DNA of 60,304 bases, filler included, from Catajapyx aquilonaris (lineage: Eukaryota): the NCBI GenBank assembly GCA_000934665.2. It is 3 parts of 3 records of this genome, joined end to end, with 100 filler letters (N's around TTAATTAATTAA, not from the genome) between each part and the next. Parts side by side here need not be neighbours in the genome. Positions count along the whole stretch, not along the records: positions 40,283 to 60,304 come from KZ539517.1; 2 more parts are not named here. One strand, written 5' to 3'. Positions 51,716-60,304 of the stretch are shown one piece after another. The translations under genes and the position numbers were made by a program. Below the pieces are notes generated by a model. The model was not told where the DNA came from and ran no database searches. It was given only the letters and a program-made list of their open reading frames with translations. The stretch's first letter is position 1; each line of letters opens with the position of its first letter.

Positions 51716-52383
51716 GGTGAACTATATAGCGTGTACTGATGGGCCTGTGGCGGGCGTCAGTGGCCTCCCGTGGCTGCGTCTCCGTGTGCCGCTACCTAGT
51801 GGCCTGCGGCCTGGAGGCGCCACTATCGCTCGTGCCTGCCACAGTCCGACAGTCGCCTACGCCCACCAGTGATGCCAGATCGTGGAATCGTATTATGGTA
51901 GGCTACTGTACTTTGCCTGCTCCTACCAACGCCTACTAGTGTGGCCGTGGCCTGCTCTCTATCCTTTGCACAGTATTTCCAAAAGTGGCCAGTGGCTGTG
52001 GCGCGCGTCCGCCTTCATCGATTTTTTAAATGGTGGCCCGGCCAAACTATGTGTTTATTGCTGATCATAAATATATGCTATTATGTGTATTATATCGTAA
52101 TAAATTTAATACATTTTTCACTTAAGATTTGTTAAGAGGGGTTTGTCCCCAACAAAACCGTTCCTATTTACGCCACTGTTCCCATGATGTACACAGTAGG
52201 CCTATATAGCTGTACGTTGCAAGATGCTACATAATATTTTTGAGGTTTAAAACGTAAACTAAAAATAAATTTCGATTCTGAAATCGTGTTGTCTCATTAT
52301 ATTTGTAGGACCTGTTACAGAAATTAATAAATTATCCCACGAGTACGTGGCTGCTTATTGAAGTCACAGCAGACTCATAGTAT

Positions 52384-52518
52384 CATCAGTTGAAAAAGAA
52401 CTGTCCCAGTCATCCTGACGTGTGGGCTGGCCGCTCGACACACACCATGTAAGTTACATGGTGTGTGTCGAGCAGCACACACATCAGGATGACTGGGACA
52501 ATTCTTTTTCAACTGATG
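52384..52518. repeat. Near-perfect palindrome (MITE-like) between the divergent MADF and Myb genes
   Basis: CATCAGTTGAAAAAGAACTGTCCCAGTCATCCTGA...TCAGGATGACTGGGACAATTCTTTTTCAACTGATG. Confidence 0.85.
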
Positions 52519-52613
52519 GTACCAGCATATACATATGTAGCTATACAACATGAGCGAGAAGGGTTGAATGGTGCTGCTGAATGGCTCCGTTAATCTTAAA
52601 TGCAACATATGCA

Positions 52614-52645
52614 TGTTGTTGTTGTTGTAGTTGTTGTTGTTGTAG

Positions 52646-52677
<32 letters not shown>
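52614..52677. repeat. (GTT)n microsatellite
   Basis: Direct observation. Confidence 0.9.
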
Positions 52678-52848
52678 CAGTCTCGCCTGTATAAGTGATA
52701 TAAGTAACTACAATGTGTGGCGTCCAATATTTTTCTGGTCTTTGGATTTGACCCTCAAAAAACAGATAAGGGGCGTTGAGACTGCGCGCGCACTCTCTCT
52801 TTGCTAAGAGGCGAGTCGTTAAAAGGCTTTTTAGCGGTGCAGTGAAAC

Positions 52849-53099
52849 ATGGCGTCCCGCGGTGGGCCTGGAAACTTCAAGAATCAATTCCGTTCGCTGA
52901 GAGGTCGGTCCAAGAACTGGAGCGAGTACGAGACCGAGATGCTGCTGTGGATCTGGGCCAACAGAGCTCCAACTCCCAAGACCCGAAGGATGAGTGCCCA
53001 TTTCTACAAGGAGATCTCGTCCGAACTCAGTTCATACGGATTCCCCCGATCGCAATCGGAAGTCTACTACCGGCTCAACAACATCTCGCACGAGTACAG
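52849..53099 (+). CDS. First coding exon of a Myb/SANT-like (trihelix) DNA-binding protein
   Basis: WSEYETEMLLWIW...FYKEISSEL..YGFPRSQSEVYYRLNNISHEYR; ATG context AAACATGGCG; probable donor AG|GTCAGA; downstream exons not identified. Confidence 0.8.
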
Positions 53100-54183
53100 G
53101 TCAGAGCTTTATTTCCAGCACCGGGTCGTCATTCCCGCTCAAAATGAGCGCGCGCTATTCGAGCCGGGGAAGTCATTGTTGGTTGGTTTTTTGATATAAA
53201 GGTCGCCGGAAGTATGCACGATTAAAAATTATTCTGAACTACATGAATATGAGCACATTTACATATAAATGCGAATTATTTTACAGTACCATATGATCGG
53301 TTGTCATGAAGTTGACAACAGGGAAGACTCCCTCCCAGGTTGACTAACCCTGCCACCTACCGGTAGAACATCGGCAACATCCAACGACTGCGGGTAGTTG
53401 TTGTCGTCTCGTGAGTGTACAGTGCGCGTGTAATTCCGAGTAATTGCAAGTACTGGTGCGTACCACGCTACCGCACATGGTTTTACCGTGTACCGCAGTG
53501 CACGTGCATTGTTCCCTCCCAATTTAGAGTGGCCCGGAGTGGCCCTTCGGACGACTTCATTGGCTTGGCTCGTTGGCTTGGTTCCTATCCGATAGTATCG
53601 TGCACCCTGCTGAGGTGGGGCACTAGAGATTTGCATACTTTTGTGGGTACGCGTACCAAATTTTGGCCAAAATTATGCTCCGAAAAATGCCACGGAATGG
53701 CCACAGTACTCGCCGTAATCGTAAACGTGTTGCATACTTTCATTGACGTGTTTCAGGATATGGCGTTTTTGTACGTTGAAGCATGGCACTTGCAGAGAGT
53801 CATCGAAATGACAAACAACCGCTGTGATTTGGGCATCCCAAAAGCTGCCCAAAAGTGGCAGATATGAGCATTATTATTTTCCTGAGTCTTCATATGTTGT
53901 TTATTCTTTATTAATTGTAATTCTATCCAATCAAGTCGAGATAGGCAGCTGTAGGTAGCATCTTGCCTGACAAACTTGTAGGGGAATGTCGCTATAAACT
54001 AAAGTCCACCCTCTAAGTTTTAACTTTAGTTTATTCAAGATATAGTAAATTTACTTTTTTAAATGCCTGGTATTTCTGACAGCAAGCGAAATTATTGGAA
54101 AGTTATTATCACAGCAGACTGGCAGTACTTTTGCATACTTACAAGTTAGTTTTTGCCAATTTGCATGACCTACAAGGGGCACG

Positions 54184-54710
54184 TTTGAAAAGTAGTGAGC
54201 CTACCTGTGAAGGAGTTGACCCAGGTGAATGGAACCTTAGCATTTCTATACGAAGTCCCCCTGGAGTGTGATGCACTTCTCCCAGCAGTGGTCCAGCTTT
54301 ACATCCCTTCGTGAAAGAAGGATTTGTCTTGCTCATCACACCATTCACAGACAATGTTTATTATGGCTGCTTCACTGTTGAAATCCTGTTCTTTCAGTTG
54401 TCGCTTGAGTGTTGGCAACAGGTGATAGTTGGATTATGGCAAATTGGTGGGTGGCATCATCTGACTATAACATGTTCTCAGTCTCAATACTCTCAAACGA
54501 CACCTGAGAGAACAGTGTTTAACAGTGACACAGCCATCATGGACATTGTCCATCAATGGTGCGATGATCAAGACAAAAAAAAAAATGCCAAGGGACGCAA
54601 AACTGGAGCACTGCTGGGAGAAGTGCATAACAATCCAGGGGGCAGAGAAGTGCTAAAGTGCCATTCATCTGGGACAACTCCTTCACAGGTAGGTTGACTA
54701 CTTTTCAAAC
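54184..54710. repeat. Inverted repeat element (MITE-like, arms ~110 bp)
   Basis: TTTGAAAAGTAG..CCTACCTGTGAAGGAGTTG and CAACTCCTTCACAGGTAGG..CTACTTTTCAAA. Confidence 0.75.
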
Positions 54711-54792
54711 ACCCCTCTTTATACCGTGAGGAAATAAAGATTTTTGCGTGGATTTCTGTCGTGGTGCACCTATGAACTGAATGCCCAAGTTG

Positions 54793-54895
54793 ATTATAGG
54801 CATTTTGCTGTGATTAGTTTTAGAAAACTTACATGCAGGAACCTGTTGACTGCATATAAGTTTTCTAAAACTAATCACAGCAAAATGCCTATAAT
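54793..54895. repeat. Short hairpin with a 39-bp perfect stem
   Basis: ATTATAGGCATTTTGCTGTGATTAGTTTTAGAAAACTTA followed by its exact reverse complement. Confidence 0.9.
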
Positions 54896-56248
54896 TGGTC
54901 ACAATGTATCATGTACGGAGATTTAAAAATTAAGCCTTATCCCCTCACCACCTACATCTCCAACCTGTTGTTGAACTGCCAAAACCATCATAGAAAATGT
55001 CACAATGCATGAGTTGTGCTGCTTTTCGTATTTTAATATGTTAGTTATGTCCATCTCTATAAAAGAGTAATTGCCCTATTACATGGTAGTGATTTTGCAT
55101 GTTGGGCTTCAAAGATCAAGTAAGACTCCATGATTCCAAAAATGTGGTCAGTTTTGGAATCTGATGTCGCGTAAGTGAATGCCGTTAGTTCAAAGTCGTA
55201 ACCCGCTACGGTATTTTCGCGCCTCCACTGCTGCCTGTGGAGCTCCCGGTAACTTGGGATGCCGAGATGCCCGAGATTGCCTTAGCCGCGGAGCCCATTT
55301 TTGAACTATAGGAAACAGTTGGATTTTGAACTATGAAAGGGGAGGTTACTATACATACAGTACAGTGCTAGTGATCCAGGCAAATGGCAGACAAGTGTGG
55401 CTGTGTTTTGCACTGGTCACATGTTTATTCTCGAGTACTGGTTTATGCACAAGCCAGGAAGCAACCTGTGTGCCAGATTCAGACAGATATTTTGACCTAT
55501 GGACGGCGTCGAAAAACAACTTACATGTCCGGTACTGTATTCCTTCCTTGCAGAATGAAACTGGTCCTTTTTCTCCCCTGTTCCTGCGGAATCCAATCAG
55601 TTGCGTATCATTATACAAATGTTATGTGTGATTGATGTAATTACTTGAATACTAGGGAAGGATTCTGGGTCTAATCTGTGCATAGAGTGACATAATCTGC
55701 CCGTAGTTTAAGACTGCGTGCGATTGCAGGTGTATATTTATTGTTCTTAATATTTTGTACCGGTGTATATGCATTGTTTTGCGTCACCAAATACCCTTCA
55801 AAATAAATTTTGACCCTAATGTTTTACTTAAATGAAGTTCATTTACCCGAACGTAACAAGCTGGATAAGTTGATTGATGTATGAATGTTCGCCTCAACTT
55901 TCACATTCTGAATAGTCAACAGGAAAAATAATAATACCCTGCCTCTGTATGACACAATGCAATTGACAATGATGCCTAACTACCCTCATCGTCAACTTCC
56001 GATCGTCTTTGGTCCTACACTACATTGGGATTGGGAGGACAACAGTCTCACACTGACTTTCCTTGTCTCCACATCTAACTCTTCCTGCGTTTCCACCTCC
56101 CTCACCCTCACTATATAGTCTTCCTGTTGGTGTTACTTGTGTTATTTGTGTGCATTCTTAGTGAACCAACTTGTGTGCACTCCCGGAAATTAACCAGCAT
56201 TGTGGCACACAAATCTGGGCGCCATATCCTGTGTTCCACACATCGGAA

Positions 56249-56543
56249 ATGCCGGAGTGCGCTGTGGCCACTTGCAAAAATCACGACAAAGCAACCAAAG
56301 GAAAAGACATACGGTACTTTACATTTCCCAAGGACCAAAAAATGAGAAGTGCCTGGATAACGCTTATGAAGAGAAATGACTATTTTAATCCAGGCGTAGC
56401 ACGAGTGTGTTCCATCCATTTCTCCGAATCTGATTACGAGCGTAATCTAAGCATGGAGCTTATGGGTGTGCAGCTTTTCCGCCATCGTCGAGCTCTGAAG
56501 AAGGATGCTATACCTAGCCTTAACATGCCTGGAACACATGAAG
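56249..56543 (+). CDS. THAP-domain first coding exon
   Basis: MPECAVATC...YFTFPKD....W...MKR......RVCSIHF..SDY...LKKDAIPSL (C2CH, P, W, F, AVP-like box); donor G|GTGAGC. Confidence 0.88.
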
Positions 56544-56718
56544 GTGAGCAATACGTACACTTGAGTCAATAATCTTTTGCATTGGTGACCATGGGTGTAT
56601 AGCCAGGGAGATTCTCAGTCTCTCCCTCCCCTGCCATCCAGCAAGGATCCCTTCCATCAGGATCTCTCTTTTATTTCCTCCGTCCGGCAAGATTTTTAGT
56701 GTCAGTAGTGCACAATAA

Positions 56719-57170
56719 TATCAGAATAAAAAGTGAAACTCAGGTTTGATGTGTAGATTCGGGTTAGGCAAAAATCGGCATTTCAAATTCTAAATTTTAC
56801 AAATAATTTCACTCTTATGATCACGACAGGAAGAGCAAATAAAAAATGTGAGTTTCTTTGAAAGTATGTTATTAATGTAATGATATTCAGTTGCCCCAAA
56901 TCATAACCCCCTACATAGTATAGATGTATGGGAGACCGTAGCATAGTGGTCCACTTTTGAACATTTGAATTTTTATAAGAGCGTTTTATACGTATACACA
57001 GTACATACCCAATATCTTTCGGCATGGTGGGGTACTCTTTGGTAATATAAGTGACTAATATATTCACAGGTAGTACTATCCTATCCCTTTGGCTTAAATA
57101 AATTTTAGAAACTGCGCTATGCAAAATCCGAACCTATACACAAAACTGAGTTGAACTTTTTATTCTGATA
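56719..57170. mobile_element. MITE
   Basis: TATCAGAATAAAAAGTGAAACTCAG...CTGAGTTGAACTTTTTATTCTGATA. Confidence 0.7.
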
Positions 57171-57216
57171 CATTTGAATCCGAATATAACAGCCTTGGTT
57201 ATTTATAACTACTTTA

Positions 57217-58161
57217 CAGTCCGGATTTTTAGGCTAATGACTTTGTGAAGAGATCGTTTCATAAGTTCAGGATGTGGAAAATGTAGGTTTTATAGTGCCT
57301 AAAATTGCCTATTTCGTGGTTTTGGGAACTGTTTTGCCCCTTCTGCCATCAGTGCGACTTTTCATGCCTACTTGGCCTTTTTTGTGGTAGTTTTAAAACT
57401 TTTTGAAGCAATTTCTGGACTTTTTGGGCCTATTACGGACCTATTTTTTCAGAGGCAGCATGTTTGGTTTTTTTTTGCGGAGTATTTTTTGTGCCCCTGA
57501 AAGAGTGAAAGGTCCAAAATCGTTCAGAAGTAATACGAATCATGTTTCCGTGATGCGTATGCCAAATCTTTCAAAATCTTCCTCTGATTTATTCCAAACA
57601 GGAAAATGTAGAAAAATATTTGGCAACATATTGTGCAAGTGGAAACTGTCCATATGCGGTAATAGAGTCCAGAGCAAGTGACACACTGATACTTGCTTGT
57701 ACTTTGTGGCTTTTGCCAAATTTTCGTGATTTCCTGTCCATTGATCCTTGTTATTCGGTTTTTGCTATGGTTTGTGACCTTATATTTGGAGGGGTGTGGT
57801 GGAAAAATACGATAACCCACATTTTTGTCATTTTTGACCTAAACACATAGCAACTATGTAAAAGACATGACAAACAGTTTGGTAAACTCCAAGTTCATGT
57901 ATCATGCGCGATACGGCCACACGGACTATAGATCAAAACCCGCATTAATGCAAACTCAAATTCGCTCTCCTGGAAAATTACCCCTTTGTGGGTTATCGTG
58001 TTTTTCCACCACACCCCTCATTTATACTGTAGACCTATAAAATTATTCTGGCTTTTTAAATTTTATGTAAACCATCCTCCCGAAAAAGCAACAATTTTGT
58101 GCCCATTTGAGGGTTTTTTCGTGCCTATTTCGGGGTTTTTTCGTGCCTAAGAATCCGGACT
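57217..58161. mobile_element. hAT-like MITE with a nested mariner-like MITE (~57789-58020)
   Basis: AGTCCGGATTTTTAGGC and GCCTAAGAATCCGGACT; inner GAGGGGTGTGGTGGAAAAATACGATAACCCACA and TGTGGGTTATCGTGTTTTTCCACCACACCCCTC. Confidence 0.72.
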
Positions 58162-58395
58162 CGTGGTTTCCAACCTGTGGGTCGCGGTGGGTCGCAAGCC
58201 TTTGTTCAACTTTTTTTTATTTGCAATTTCTGTGTAAATTGAACAATTTTTGCGGCCACACAGAGTGTATAATTATGTTTTCTGGAAATGGGTCAGTTGT
58301 AGAAGGTGCCCCGGGGGGGGGGGGNGGGGGGGGGTCGCACATTTATGGAAACATGTTTAGGGGGTCGAAGTTGGTTAAAGGTTGGAAACCACTGC
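58162..58395. mobile_element. hAT/Charlie-like MITE
   Basis: GTGGTTTCCAACCT...AGGTTGGAAACCAC termini with GGGTCGC subterminal motifs. Confidence 0.75.
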
Positions 58396-60304
58396 TATAG
58401 TTATAACGGACTTTAGGTTACAACATAGGCCCACTCGAAAGGCTGGTCCCGGCACACTTACGTAAGGCCCTGTGTATTTTTACTCCTGATATAACAAACT
58501 CATTTTCACCTCACTTAGGGTATAACAGACTATTTTTTTACTCCTCGCGCTCGGTGGGAAAATAAGCTTTTTCTGGTAAAAATATGCGAAAAGGAGACGG
58601 CAGAAGAACATTTCGTTTTTGTTTTTTTTTGGTCCTGCAACAAAACTGGAAAATATTCATTAATTTACAATAAGTATGAAATTGCATTAAATTAGTGACT
58701 CTTTATCCATGGCTATTTGCGACCACACACTGTAGATTATTGATACTTTAACTTATACCTTCAGTAACGCTCATGTGCCACAATATTTAGCGCTGTGGGC
58801 TGCCTGGCACTATTATAGTCATCATGGTTCCCATTCTTATTGATTGCGTTTACGATTTAGATAGCTGGAGCACTAATTTTTTATGCTGACGAAGCTAAAG
58901 ACTCTATATCCTTTCATTCCTTTGTAGCATGCCATGCAAATGATTGGATTCCGCAGAAATTGAGAAAAGAAAAAGACCAGTTTCATTCTGCAAGGAAGGA
59001 ATACCGAACATGTAAGTTGTTTTTCGACGCCGTCCGCAGGCCAAAATATCCGTCCGAAAATTCCGCGATGGGTACGGTTACAATGAGCGTACTACGGAGT
59101 TCNNNNNNGAGTTCCCCCCCCCCCCCCCACGTGGGACCTGTGTGCGTCGGATGCACGGTTCGCCAGATAAAAAAATCGAATGTGGGCTGATGCACCCAAA
59201 CGACGTGCATTTGGGCATGCCACTGGTCCGGAAAGGGGACGACATGTTGCCTTTGCCAACAAAACGGACCGGGTATTTGAAATCAGGGAGTCTTGCTTGA
59301 TTTTTGGAGCCCAACATGCAAAATCACTGAACCCTTCGTTCCATCTTCCATCTTCAAAGGTAAGAATGGTGTACTGTATTAGCATAAATATCATGTGTCT
59401 CATGCTTCATGCTTACTCCCACCACCCGCTGCCCACCCCCCTTTCAACTGGAAGATGTTGGTGGTCAGCTGGTGGGTATATAGAGAGGGGGTGGTGAGGT
59501 AGGGTAGAGGGTGGAGGCTGTCAAAATCACATGCGGGTCGTGAATATGCAACATAGAAGATAATTTCCCCGTCTGGACATTCTTTCATGCTCTATCCCAG
59601 TCTGTCGTGATGAATACCACACCATGCAGAATAGAAATATTGCAATTTTGCGTAAATTTTCAGCAAGATGGGGAACACGAACTGGATATAGACAGATCAT
59701 GTAGTTTAGTGCAGTGGTTCTGGTTCATGCCATAAACTACAAGAAAGTTTTGGTTGTGCATTTTGCCTGATGTCAGTACTTGCTTTTAGTCAAACATGGC
59801 CGCCAGAAAGGCAACATACAAGAAGAGGAGCAAGAAGCAATGGGCGAGGACAATTGCCCGAATAGGGTAAGTTCAATAAATTATCCTCATAGCCTATACT
59901 TGAATTGATTTAAATTTATGGAACAAGTGGGCATTAACTTGAATTTGCAGTTATTTTCACTGCTTAACCCTGAACGTCCAACATAATAATTATACAGTAC
60001 TTGGAGTACTTGGCGCGGGGTCTTTATGGTCAGGTCCATAAATCATTATTTACCAGTGGAATCATTATTTACTGGGAAATTGCAAGAGTTCTAAAAATTC
60101 TGGTGTGCTATTCACCATGACAGACTGGGATAGAGCACGAAAGAATGTCCAGACGGGAAATTATCTTGCATGTTGCGTATTACCAAGGTACGAGGAGTGA
60201 TCAAAATGTAAGGTCTCCAAGGCTGTAACCTTTATTCTGTATGAACACAAATGACGAAACTTACAGGGTACATGAGGACAATGGACATCTACTTTTCTAC
60301 ATAG

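Noticed and set aside
59797..59867. Possible first exon MAARKATYKKRSKKQWARTIARI with a GTAAGT donor
   Set aside because: It is too short to assign and could be a decayed pogo-type N-terminus; no downstream exon is visible.

Overview
Eukaryotic, almost certainly arthropod, genomic DNA. It consists of three ~20 kb segments (1-20062, 20163-40182, 40283-60304) joined by identical artificial spacers (44N-TTAATTAATTAA-44N), so linkage across the spacers cannot be assumed. Shared SINE families suggest all three come from one genome. Segment 1 holds two tandem GH20 beta-N-acetylhexosaminidase genes and a convergent secreted CUB-domain gene. The first GH20 is an intact spliced ORF that has lost the catalytic Asp-Glu pair and several -1/+1 subsite residues, making it a candidate pseudoenzyme; the second is canonical. 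Segment 2 is repeat-rich. It contains a rearranged ~10 kb inverted duplication of a decayed ankyrin-repeat gene, a SINE-RTE chimeric insertion, and the 3' end of an unidentified two-TM protein gene. Segment 3 holds SREBP (9 exons, 3' end outside the segment) with intronic miR-33, a stack of fold-back MITEs in that intron, the SREBP promoter, and a cluster of genes with transposon-type DNA-binding domains (MADF-BESS, Myb/SANT, THAP). All calls were made by eye; no database searches or folding programs were run.
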